A model generated the notes under the pieces. The model searched no databases and was not told the DNA's origin. It saw only the letters and a list, made by a program, of their open reading frames with translations. From Candidatus Eiseniibacteriota bacterium (GTDB lineage: Bacteria; Eisenbacteria; RBG-16-71-46), in the NCBI GenBank assembly GCA_963776245.1, contig CAVZLN010000005.1, forward strand, positions 96,001-160,000: DNA of 64,000 bases, read 5' to 3'. Of this stretch, positions 46,877 to 56,621 are shown in pieces; within the stretch, counting starts at the first letter, position 1, and the number at the start of each line of letters is the position of its first letter. Made by a program: the position numbers and the translations under genes.

Positions 46877-47521
46877 TCACCCACGGGACGGGAGGAACGG
46901 GCGTGCGGGGACGCCGACCACCGTCGTGCCGGGGGCCACGTCCTTGTTCACCATCGCTCCGGCGCCCACAGTCGCCCCCCGCCCGATCGTGACCTTGGGG
47001 AGCACGACGGCGCCGGTGCCGATATAGCACTCCGGCTCGATGTGTACCCACCCGGAGATGTGCACCCCCGGGCTGAGGACGCAATGGTCCCCGATCGCCG
47101 CGTCGTGGCCGACGGTGACGCCGAGGTTCAGGATCACGTGCTCGCCGATCACCACGTTGTTGGTGATGATCGTCCCGGCGGTGATGACCGTTCCGGCGCC
47201 GACGGTGACGAACGGCGACATGATCACCGAGGGGTGGATCAGCGTGATGGGCCGCAGTCCCGCTGCGACCATCTCGGCGACCTGACGTCTTCTCGGGGCC
47301 ACCTCCCCCGCGCCGGCGATGCCGTACGCGCCCGCGGGGTCCGGAACATCCTCGAGCGCGCCGAGGATGGCCGAGTCGTTGAGGATCTCGCCGCGCCGCG
47401 AGCGATCGCGGTCGGCGAAGCCGAGCAGCTCGACATCGGCGTCCGGGCCGAGATCGCGCACCACGTCCGCGATCTCGCGCGCGAATCCGCCCGCCCCGAG
47501 GATGACCAGCCGTCTCTTCAT
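46877..47521 (-). CDS. NeuD/PglD/PerB-like sugar acetyltransferase
   Basis: ILGAGGFAREI, hexapeptide repeats, VGHD, VVGVPAR. Confidence 0.9.
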   Translation of the reverse strand: MKRRLVILGAGGFAREIADVVRDLGPDADVELLGFADRDRSRRGEILNDSAILGALEDVPDPAGAYGIAGAGEVAPRRRQVAEMVAAGLRPITLIHPSVIMSPFVTVGAGTVITAGTIITNNVVIGEHVILNLGVTVGHDAAIGDHCVLSPGVHISGWVHIEPECYIGTGAVVLPKVTIGRGATVGAGAMVNKDVAPGTTVVGVPARPFLPSRG

Positions 47522-48621
47522 GACACGCCTTTCGCGACGCCGACCAAGGACTCCTTCAGCACGGTACACACCTGCTCGACGTCGCCCTCGCTCAGGTCGG
47601 GATACGAGGGCAGATTGATGCCCGAGGCGCCGAGGCGTTCCGCGACCGGGAAGCGCGCCGCTCCGCGGTACATCGGCAGCGTGTGGGCCGGGTAGAAGAA
47701 CGGTCGGGTGTCCACGCCGCGGTCGCGCATCGCGGTCATGAGACCGTCGCGCAGCTCCGGTTCGACCAGCACCGAGTTCATCCACCACACCGCGCGCGCC
47801 CACTCCGCCTCGCGCTGGAGCGCGATCCCGGGCGTGCCGGCGAGCCGCTCGCGATACCAGCCGGCGATCCGGGCCTTGGTGGCCAGCACCTCGTCGACGC
47901 TCTCGAGTTGGGCGCACCCGAGGGCCGCCGCGATATTGGTCATGCGGTAGTTGAAGCCGACCACGTCGTGCCAGTAGGTCTGCGTCGGCGAGACGCCCTG
48001 GCCGCGCAGGTGGCGGAGCGTGTCGGCGAGCCGCGGGTCGTTGGTCACGACCATGCCGCCCTCGCCGGTGGTGACGATCTTGTTGCCGAAGAACGAATAC
48101 GAGCCCGCGGTGCCGAGGGCGCCCACCTTGCGGCCGCGATAGGTCGCGCCGTGGGCCTCCGCGGCGTCCTCCACGACCGCCAGTCCGCGGCGCCGCGCGA
48201 TCTCGAGGATCGGATCCATGTCGGCCGGATGGCCGTAGATATGGACGACCTCGATCGCCCGGGTGCGCGGGGTGATGGCGGCTTCGAGGAGCGCCGGGTC
48301 CAGGTTCCAGAACTCGGGCTCGGAGTCCACGAACACCGGCTTCGCGCCGGTGTACGTGATGGCGTTCACGGACGCCACGTACGTCAGGCTCGGGACGATC
48401 ACCTCGTCGCCGGGCCCCACGCCGAGCGCGGCGAAGATCAGATGAAGCGAGACGGTCCCATTGCACGTGGCGATCCCCTGCGCCGCGTCCACGAACGCCG
48501 GGAACTCGCGCTCGAAGCGGTCGAGGTACTCGCCCTTGGACGAGATCCACGTCGACTCGACGGCTCGCGACACGTACTCGCGCTCCTTCGCGCCGATGCG
48601 GGGTCTGTAGACCGGGATCAT
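47518..48621 (-). CDS. DegT/DnrJ aminotransferase (GDP-perosamine synthase-like)
   Basis: WISSKG, NGTVSLHL, EDAAEAHG, SFFGNKIVTTGEGGM, FNYRMTN. Confidence 0.9.
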   Translation of the reverse strand: MIPVYRPRIGAKEREYVSRAVESTWISSKGEYLDRFEREFPAFVDAAQGIATCNGTVSLHLIFAALGVGPGDEVIVPSLTYVASVNAITYTGAKPVFVDSEPEFWNLDPALLEAAITPRTRAIEVVHIYGHPADMDPILEIARRRGLAVVEDAAEAHGATYRGRKVGALGTAGSYSFFGNKIVTTGEGGMVVTNDPRLADTLRHLRGQGVSPTQTYWHDVVGFNYRMTNIAAALGCAQLESVDEVLATKARIAGWYRERLAGTPGIALQREAEWARAVWWMNSVLVEPELRDGLMTAMRDRGVDTRPFFYPAHTLPMYRGAARFPVAERLGASGINLPSYPDLSEGDVEQVCTVLKESLVGVAKGVS

Positions 48622-50130
48622 TCCGCCTCCGTGAACCGGTGCGTCAGCAGGGACACCACGCGCCGGTCCCCCGCCTGGACGAATCCGAGCAGCACGTAGA
48701 TCAGCACGAACGAGGCCGCCGAGAACACCATCAGCGCCACCGTCGTCAGCAGGCTGACGGCCAGCGCGCGCGCGGCGTACGCGATCGCGCACTGGATCAC
48801 CGTCACGACGCCGACGCGCCAGTATACCTTCAGGAACTCGACGCCCGACAAATGGAGCAGGCGCCGCTCGGTGTAGGCGATCAGCGCGGGCGCGCCGATG
48901 GCCGCGCTCACCAGATACGCGGCCGCGGCGCCGGTCACGCCGAAGGGCCGGATCAGCACCAGGAAGAGCGCGATGTCCACGGCCGCGATCGCCAGGGTGA
49001 AGAACGCGTTGATCCGCGCCCGGCCCGAGCCATTGGCGATCCCCCACGACATCGCCGTCGCCGCCAGCAGCGCGTAGGTCGCGACCAGCAGGACCATCGG
49101 CACCGCACTGTGGGCCGCGATGTCCGAGCCGACCCAGAAGCGCAGGAACTTGTCGGCGAACACCGCCATCGGGACCGCGAGCATCGAGATCGCGATGAAC
49201 ACCATCCGGCTGCCCTCGCGGTAGAGCCGCAGCAGCGTGTCGCGCTGCTCGCCGGCGAAGAAGGCGGCCGACATCGGGAACACCACGGCCGCCGCGGCCG
49301 CGACGATGCCCTGGAGCTTCTGCGCCAGGCTGCCCGGCAGGACGTAGTAGGTGATGGCGCCCACCCCGAGAAAATGACTGATCAGCAGCTTGTCGAGCTG
49401 GTAGAGCAGCAGGACGCCGATCGAGGAGAGCAGGAAGTACCCGCCGAACCGGAACAGCTCGCGCATCAGCCCGACGTCCCACACCGGGCGCAGCACGATC
49501 TCCGGGACCAGCCGCCGGGCCAGCGCGTAGCCGACCGGGAGCATGGCGGCGTTCACCACCAGGCCGGCGAGCATGATCGCGACGATGCCATGGCCCAGCC
49601 ACAGGAGCACCACGGTCATGGCCGCGTTGACGGTGGTGAGCGCGAGCTGCACGCCGGTCGAGATGTCGAAACGCTGGAGCGCCGACGGCACCGACATGAA
49701 CGCGCCGATCACCAGCGAACTGGCGAAACTGGGCGCCGCCACGTAGAACGCGACCCGCACCACCTGCTGGAGGGCGGCGGGCACACCCAGGAGCTGGGTG
49801 ACCATCGTGTTCGTGAGCAACACCATCAGGACCCCGACGACCGCGCCTACGGCGAGGTAGAACGCGAGCACGGTGCTCACCACGCGCCCGATGTCGTGGG
49901 GCGCGTCGCGTTCATGGTAGGTCGCGATCTGCCGGGTCGCCGCGCCCCCGATCCCGAAATCGAGGAAGCCGAAGAAGCCCAGCGTCACGCCGACGATCGA
50001 GAGCGCGCCGTAGAGGTCGGCCCCCAGCTTGTGCACGATGAACGGGGTGGTGAACAGGGCGATCGCCAGCGGCCAGGCGAACCCCAGAACGCCGAACGCC
50101 GAGTTCTCGAGCGCGCGCCCCGCGATCCCG
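48618..50130 (-). CDS. Wzx-type flippase domain (no separate start; in frame with upstream GT4 C-terminus)
   Basis: PFIVHKLGADLYG, LDFGIG, LYQLDKLLISHFLG, more than 12 TM segments. Confidence 0.85.
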
Positions 50131-50214
50131 GGAGCGGTGGCGGGGGAGCCGGGGCCGGTTCCCGCCGCGCCCTCGCGCCCCGCGATCCCCCGTGCACCGG
50201 CGTCGGCGGCGCGG

Positions 50215-51378
50215 GCGGGAATCGCCGCCTTCGCGCGCCACGCCGCGTGCGCGCGCTCGTACGCGTCGCGGAACCGGGCGTCGAACGCCTCGACCGCGAA
50301 CGGCGCGGCGAGTGCGCGCAGCTCGTCCGGATCGAACCGCTCGCGCTCGAACATCGCGATCCCGGCCGCCACCCCATCGGCTGACGGGGTGCCGAACAGC
50401 ACGCCACCCGGCACCCGCGCCACGCCCGCCGGCCGCCACCGTCGCCAGCGCCGCCGCACTCGCGCCGCGTCCCACGGTCTCGAGCGCGCCCCCGCGGCCG
50501 TAGGCGATCACCGGCGTGCCGCTGGCCATCGCCTCGAGCGGCATGATGCCGAAGTCCTCCTCGCCCGGGAACAGCAGCGCGCGCGCGCCGGCATACACCG
50601 CGGGCATCGCGTCCTCGTCCACCCAGCCGAGGAACTCGGTGCCGGGCGGCGCCAGCCGCTCGAGCCGTTCGCGCTCCGGTCCGCTGCCCGCCACCCGCAC
50701 CGCGCGCCCCAGCCGCGCGCACGCCGCCAGCGCCAGGTCGGCGCGCTTGTACGGCGCGAACGCGCCCGCCAGCAGGTAGCGCTCGCGCGCGCCGGCGGGA
50801 GCGCCGAAGCGGTGGACGTCGACCGGCGGGTACACCACCTCGGCCTCGCGTCCCCAGTGGCGGCGGATGCGCTCGGCCACGAACCGCGAGTCCGCGAGCA
50901 GCGCGTGCGGGCGCCCGCTGGTCGCGCGGTCCCAGGTGCGCAGGTGGGCGCAGATGCGGCGCACCGCCCACGACAGCGGCCACGGAAAACGACCGGGCGG
51001 GAAGTACGCCTCCTCGAGGTCCCAGACGTAGCGCATCGGGGTGAAGACGTAGCTCAGGTGGAAGGCGCCCGGCGGGGTGCGCACGCTCTTGGCGACCGCG
51101 TGGCTGGTCGAGATCACGGCGTCGAAGCCCGCGAGATCGAACGACTCGATGGCGGCCGGGTAAAATGGCAGGAACCACCGGTAGCGTCGCTCGGCATCGG
51201 GCAGGTGCTGGAGGAACGAGGTCCGGATGGGATGCGCCTCGAGCGCCGGCGACACCGTGCCGCGCGACCACACCAGGGTGTGGATCGGGGCGCCCGGGTG
51301 CATCGCCGCGATGCGCTCGAGCACGCGCTCGCCCCCGCGCATCCCGGTCAGCCAGTCGTGGACCAGCGCGACCTTCAT
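50215..51378 (-). CDS. Glycosyltransferase family 4 domain (apparent frameshift near 50425; no stop before the flippase)
   Basis: MKVALVHDWLTGMRGGERVL, FTPMRY, EEDFGIMPLEAMASG. Confidence 0.88.
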
Positions 51379-52547
51379 CGCTCGTCCCAGCCCCGCGCGG
51401 CCCACGCGATGCCGACCAGCGTGAACAGGGGATAGAGCAGCTCCTCGTCGCCGAAGTTCCACTCGAACGTCCCGGCGGCGAGGAACCCGATGAGCCCGGC
51501 CACCACCCCGAGCCTCACTCCCGCGGCCAGTCCGCCGCCGCGCAATTGCGCGCGCAGGCCGCGCCCCGCGGTGCGCACCAGGGCGGCGTAGAGCCACACG
51601 AACGCCGCGAGCCCGACCACGCCCATGCTGGCGGCGATCTGCACCCACACGTTGTGCAGGTGACCGACGCGCTCGGTGGCGAGCGGCAGGCGGTAGCGAT
51701 CGTAGGCGGTCATCAGGTCCTGAAGCCCGAGGCCGGTGAGCGGGTGGTCGCGGAACATGTGCAGCCCGGCCTGCCACATGAGCACGCGCTGCTGGTTCCA
51801 CGGGTTGGCCGGATCGAACACGCTCACCAACCGCGCGTGCCAGGCGCCCGGCGCCAGCCACACCGCCGCGGCGACCGCCGCCGCGAGCGCGGCCAGCCAG
51901 CGGGCGCGCGTGAGCCCGAGCATCACCGCGAGCGCCACCACCAGGCCGATCCAGGCGCTGCGTGTGAACGTCACGCCGAGCGCCACCAGGCACACCGCGA
52001 AGACCGCGAGCGCGCCGAGGCGCCAGCGGCGGTCGCGGGCGGCGAGCGCGATGCCGGCGGCCAGCGACATCTCGAGCAGCAGCTGGCCGCCGAAGGTCAT
52101 CCAGTGGCCCGACAGCCCGCGCGCCCGCGCCCCGAAGCTCGCGCCCTCCCTCACCCACGCGGCGACGCCGAACAGCGCGACCCCGGCGCTCACCGCGAGC
52201 AGGACCGCGATGGCGCGCGTGCCGCGCTCGCGCCGCGTCGCGTGGTAGGCGGCGAACCCGACCAGCGCGGGCATCAGCCCCTTGCCGAGGCGCGCCAGGC
52301 TCGCCGCGCGGTCCAGCGCGCACAGCGCCACCACGATGCGCGCCGCCATCCAGCCGAGCGCGGCCCGGTCCACCGGCGTGGACACCCAGCCCCCGCGCCG
52401 CTGGATCCAGAGCGCGAGCGTGAGCGCCACGCACAGCGCGGTGGTGATCCCCATCGGCGCGATCCCGGTGGGCAGCGCCACCATCATGAGCACGAAGGCG
52501 GCCGCCGCCGCGTGCTCGAGCGCCGCGGGAGCGCCCGACGCGCTCAC
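51375..52547 (-). CDS. O-antigen ligase family protein
   Basis: TFTRSAW, RVLMW...HPLTGLG, HLHNVWVQ; GTG overlaps the trmD stop. Confidence 0.88.
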   Translation of the reverse strand: MSASGAPAALEHAAAAAFVLMMVALPTGIAPMGITTALCVALTLALWIQRRGGWVSTPVDRAALGWMAARIVVALCALDRAASLARLGKGLMPALVGFAAYHATRRERGTRAIAVLLAVSAGVALFGVAAWVREGASFGARARGLSGHWMTFGGQLLLEMSLAAGIALAARDRRWRLGALAVFAVCLVALGVTFTRSAWIGLVVALAVMLGLTRARWLAALAAAVAAAVWLAPGAWHARLVSVFDPANPWNQQRVLMWQAGLHMFRDHPLTGLGLQDLMTAYDRYRLPLATERVGHLHNVWVQIAASMGVVGLAAFVWLYAALVRTAGRGLRAQLRGGGLAAGVRLGVVAGLIGFLAAGTFEWNFGDEELLYPLFTLVGIAWAARGWDER

Positions 52548-53308
52548 GGGCGGCGCTCGGGAGGCCGGGCGCGCTCGAGCGCGCGCAGGAACTTCCGGTC
52601 GTCCTCGTCGAGGTCGGCGTGCACCAGCAGGTCGGGACGGCGCTCGAAGGTGCGTCGCAGCGATTCCTCGCGGCGGTGGCGCTCGATGTGGGCGTGGTGG
52701 CCGGAGAGCAGCACGTCGGGCACGGTCCAGCCGCGGTACTCGGCGGGCCGCGTGTAGTACCCGCAGTCGAGCAGGCCGGAGTGGAACGAGTCGCCCTCGA
52801 CCGAGTCGAAGGCGCCCACCACGCCCGGCAGCAGGCGCGCCACCGCGTCCACCACACACAGCGCGGCGGGCTCGCCGCCCGAGAGCACGAAGTCGCCGAC
52901 CGACAGCTCCTCGTCGATCAAGTGTTCGGCGACGCGCTCATCCACGCCCTTGTAGCGCCCGCACACCAGCACCAGATGCTCGAGCCCCGAGTAGTCCATC
53001 GCCACCCGCTGGGTGAACGCGCGCCCCTGCGGCGACATCAGCGCCACCCGCGTGCCCGGCGGGCGCGCGCCCGGCCCGCCCGCGCCCACGTGCGCGAGCG
53101 CCAGGTCGATGGGCTCCACCTTCATGATCATCCCCACGCCGCCTCCGAACGGATAGTCGTCGGTGGTGCGGTGGGCGTCCGGGGTGAAGTCGCGCAGCAT
53201 CACCACGTCCACGGTCAGCCGTTGCTTCTCGCGCGCGGAGCGGATCATCCCCTCGGCGAGCGCCGGCGGGAAGAAGTCGGGGAAGATGGTCAGGATGGAG
53301 ATGCGCAT
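52544..53308 (-). CDS. trmD: tRNA (guanine37-N1)-methyltransferase
   Basis: DDYPFGGG, MSPQG, CGRYKGVDER, SVGDFVLSGGE, YTRP, LLSGHH. Confidence 0.96.
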   Translation of the reverse strand: MRISILTIFPDFFPPALAEGMIRSAREKQRLTVDVVMLRDFTPDAHRTTDDYPFGGGVGMIMKVEPIDLALAHVGAGGPGARPPGTRVALMSPQGRAFTQRVAMDYSGLEHLVLVCGRYKGVDERVAEHLIDEELSVGDFVLSGGEPAALCVVDAVARLLPGVVGAFDSVEGDSFHSGLLDCGYYTRPAEYRGWTVPDVLLSGHHAHIERHRREESLRRTFERRPDLLVHADLDEDDRKFLRALERARPPERRP

Positions 53309-53316
53309 GCGGATCC

Positions 53317-53820
53317 CTAGAGCTCGTCGAGCCCGGCCGGCAACGCCACGATGATGACCCCCGCGGCCAGATCCACCCGTTGCACCACCTCGGGATTGCC
53401 CGGGATGAGCCATTCCCGCTCGCCGCGCACCACGTAGATGGGGCTGGCGCCGGTGGTCATGAGCTCGGCGAGCGTGCCGAGCACCCGGCCCTCGGTGGTC
53501 TCGACACGCAGTCCCACCAACTGGAACGCGTACGCCACGCCCGGGCCCGGGTCGGGCAGCACGCTCTCCTCCGCCCACAGCATGCCATTGGTGAGCGTCG
53601 CGGCCTCGACGCGGCTGCCGACGCCCTCGAAACGGGCGAGGATGCGCTTGATCTGGGGCCGCGCGGCGAGCAGCGCGACCTCGCGCTCCTCCGTGCCGCG
53701 CTTCCAGGTGAAGCGCCGGATGCCGAGCAGCTCGAGCGGGGTCAGGTCGGTGGCGTCGAGCCCGACCTCGCCGAACAGCCCGTGCGGGCGGCCGATGCGA
53801 CCGATGCGGACGAGCGTCAG
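53317..53820 (-). CDS. rimM: 16S rRNA processing protein RimM
   Basis: IGRIGRPHGLFGEV, LVGLRV...LG, WLIP; located between the KH gene and trmD; probable CTG start. Confidence 0.88.
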   Translation of the reverse strand: MTLVRIGRIGRPHGLFGEVGLDATDLTPLELLGIRRFTWKRGTEEREVALLAARPQIKRILARFEGVGSRVEAATLTNGMLWAEESVLPDPGPGVAYAFQLVGLRVETTEGRVLGTLAELMTTGASPIYVVRGEREWLIPGNPEVVQRVDLAAGVIIVALPAGLDEL

Positions 53821-53839
53821 GGCGTGAGGCTCCCGGCGC

Positions 53840-54070
53840 TCAGTCCGCGATCTCGAGCGCCGCCTCGCGCCCCGCGCGCGACGCCGCCGCGCCGAGTGCC
53901 AGGCGCAGCGAGCGCACCGTGCGCCCCTGCTTGCCGATGACGTGGCCGATGTCGTCGGGATGCACGTGGAGCTCGAAGGCGGCCGAGTCGCCACCCTCGA
54001 CGATCTCGACCCGCACGTCGTCGGGATGGTCCACCAGCCCGCGCGCCATGAACGCGATGAGGTCCTGCAT
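53840..54070 (-). CDS. khpA: KH-domain RNA-binding protein (may extend upstream)
   Basis: LVDHPDDVRV...DDIGHVIGKQGRTVRSLR. Confidence 0.88.
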   Translation of the reverse strand: MQDLIAFMARGLVDHPDDVRVEIVEGGDSAAFELHVHPDDIGHVIGKQGRTVRSLRLALGAAASRAGREAALEIAD

Positions 54071-54162
54071 CGCGAGGTCCTTGTCGTCGAGCGGGCGCGG
54101 CTCGCGCGCCACCCGCGGGGCGCGGGTCTCGCGGAACTCGCGGGGCTCGGACGACGGCAGCC

Positions 54163-55186
54163 CTACAGGAGTCCCGGCTCCCGGGGACGGGACGGCACGG
54201 ACGATAATCTCAGCCCCAGCCAGACGAGCAGGATCGTCCACAGGCCCCACAGCAGGAGCGCCGGTGCCGGTTGGTTTGCCAGGAGAATAGCGACTCCGCT
54301 TGCGCAGAGTGCGGCCCCACTGAGCCACAGGATCAGGACGGTTCGGATCGGACATTTGAGCACTCTCGCGATGCGGTGGTTGCTGTGGTCCTTGCCGCCT
54401 TCGTACACCTTGCGCCCTTCGCGCACGCGGTTGACCACGACGAAGATCAGGTCGAAGGCCGGGTAGGCGAGCACGAGTGGCGGCCCGAGCCTGCCCCAGC
54501 CCGGCGGCGCCGCCTCGAGGGCCAGCACCGCGGAAGCGCCGAGACTATACCCCAGGAACAGGCTTCCCGCGTCACCCAGGAAGATCCGGGCCCTCGGGAA
54601 GTTCCAGGGCAGGAACCCGACGCACGCCCCGGCCAGCGCCAACTGCGCCGCCGCCGTGCCCACGGCCCCGCGGGCGGCCGAGAGGGCGCCGAAGCCCGCC
54701 AGGGCGATCGCCGCCAGCCCCCCGACCATGCCGTTCATGTTGTCGAGGAAGTTGACCGCGTTCATGAGCGCGGCCAGCGCCACGAGCAGCCCCACCACCA
54801 CGAGCGGAGCCGGCAGCCCGAGGTCCGGAAGCACGCCCGAGGCGAGCAGCAGCCCGCCCGCCGCGAACTGGCCGAGGAGCTTGAGCGACGGCCGCATGCC
54901 GAACCGGTCGTCCACCAGCCCGAGCCCGAGCGCGAGCAGGGCGCCGGCGAACACCAGGAGTCCGCGGCGGTCCGCCGCCACGTCGAGCCAGCGCGCCATC
55001 ACCAGCCAGGCGACGCTCGCCGCCAGCGGCCACCGCCGCACCGCCGAGCAACGCGGTGGCCGCGGTGTGGAGCTTGCGGGCCTCGGGGTGGTCGAGATAG
55101 GCCGTCGCCCACGCCAGCCGGATCGCGGCCGGGGTGGTCAGCAAAGCGACGGCGAGCCCGATCGGGAAGGCGGCCGCGGCCGGCAT
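54163..55186 (-). CDS. MraY/WecA family polyprenyl-phosphate HexNAc-1-phosphate transferase (apparent frameshift near 55040)
   Basis: DHPEARKLH, GLVDD, NAVNFLDNMNG, IFLGDAGSLFLG, DHSNHR. Confidence 0.88.
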
Positions 55187-55219
55187 GTCGCGCGGCTCGA
55201 GGCCGGGTCGAGCGCCGCC

Positions 55220-56218
55220 TCAGGAGGCGGCGACTCCCGCGGGCACCCGCACGCCCAACTGCGCACACATCTCGCGCGCCGTCAGCTCGAGAAGTTGGTC
55301 GAGCGACACTTCGGGGCGATAGCCGGTCATGCGGTGGATCTTCTCGAGCGAAGGCACTCGGCGCATCATGTCCTCGAACGAGCTGCCGTAGACCTTCTCG
55401 TACGGCACGAACTCGATCGTGGAGCGGCTCTTGCAGACGCGCCGGATACGCTTGGCGAGCTCGAGCACCGTGATCTCTTCGTCGGTGCCCACGTTGCAGA
55501 TCTCGCCCTCGGCGCCCTCGGCGTCCATCAGCAGGAGCACGCCGCGCACCACGTCGGCCACCGAGGAGAAGCAGCGCGACTGGGTGCCATCCCCGAACAC
55601 CAGGATGGGCTCGTGACGCAGCGCGCGCTCGATCATGTTGGGGATCACCATGCCGTACGCCGCGCTCTGGCGCGGGCCGCAGGTGTTGAAGCAGCGCACC
55701 ACGGTGACCGGCAGCTGGTGCTGCTGGTAGTAGGCCTGCGCCAGCGACTCGTCCACCGCCTTGCCGCTGGCGTACGACCAGCGCAGCTTGTGGGTGGGGC
55801 CCAGCAGGCGGTCGTCGTCCTCGGCGAACGGCACGTTGACGCCCTTGCCGTACACCTCGCTGCTCGAGAACAGCATGACCTTGCGCTGGTGGGCGTCGCA
55901 GGCCTCGAGCACGACCTCGGTGCCGCGGATGTTCGTGATCAGCGAGCGCAGCGGGTTCTCGAGCACGTACTTCACGCCCACCGCGGCGGCCAGGTGGTAG
56001 ATCCGCTCGCACTTGGCCACCAGGCCGTGGACCAGCGAGGAGTCGGTGACATCACCTTCGACGAAGTGGAATCGGGGATGTTGCTCGAAGGAGCAGAGGT
56101 TCTCGAGGCGTCCGGTGGAGAGGTCATCCAGCGCCCACACCTCGTTGCCGAGGCCGAGGAGCGCTTCCGAAAGATGGGAACCGATGAAGCCCGCACCTCC
56201 TGTGACGAGGATCCTCAT
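55220..56218 (-). CDS. NAD-dependent nucleotide-sugar epimerase/dehydratase
   Basis: TGGAGFIGSH, SSSEVYG, WSYASGK, FNTCGPRQ. Confidence 0.92.
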   Translation of the reverse strand: MRILVTGGAGFIGSHLSEALLGLGNEVWALDDLSTGRLENLCSFEQHPRFHFVEGDVTDSSLVHGLVAKCERIYHLAAAVGVKYVLENPLRSLITNIRGTEVVLEACDAHQRKVMLFSSSEVYGKGVNVPFAEDDDRLLGPTHKLRWSYASGKAVDESLAQAYYQQHQLPVTVVRCFNTCGPRQSAAYGMVIPNMIERALRHEPILVFGDGTQSRCFSSVADVVRGVLLLMDAEGAEGEICNVGTDEEITVLELAKRIRRVCKSRSTIEFVPYEKVYGSSFEDMMRRVPSLEKIHRMTGYRPEVSLDQLLELTAREMCAQLGVRVPAGVAAS

Positions 56219-56316
56219 TAGCTTCCCTCTGATGAAGGATGAGTCGCGGGGCAATCCTTGCCGTCCCGCGTGCGCACCATCGACCGCCCCCTCGGGGGAA
56301 GCCACTCTCGCCGGAC

Positions 56317-56356
56317 AAGGTATCGGCGGCTGCGTCACAAGTCAACGCGTTATTAA
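56317..56356 (-). promoter_or_regulatory. Putative sigma70 promoter with AT-rich upstream element
   Basis: TTGACT-N17-TACCTT preceded by TTAATAAC. Confidence 0.65.
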
Positions 56357-56621
56357 CCGAAGCCGATGCCGGGGAACAGGTTGCCATAGCGGTCTTTGAG
56401 TGCGAGCACCGCTCGTCGATGCCGCGGGAGGTGGTCGGGAGCGTCGCTGCCGGACACCAGGCGGAGGGATCGCCCGAGTATTCCGATGTCCTGTCCCTGT
56501 CGGAGACGCATCGCGATCTGCACGGCTCGACGGCGAGCCGACCCCGCCTGCCGCGCGACCGGACCCACTCGAGCTTCACCGACGCCAGCGCAGACGGGCG
56601 GCGCCCCCGGGCTGCCGGGGT

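Noticed and set aside
49912..52857. 981-aa ORF as a single protein
   Set aside because: The N-terminal half is an off-frame reading of the ligase/trmD region; only 51378-50430 is the GT4.
56356..56621. Small gene or ncRNA in the intergenic gap
   Set aside because: Short ORFs lack RBS and codon bias, and I recognised no RNA family.
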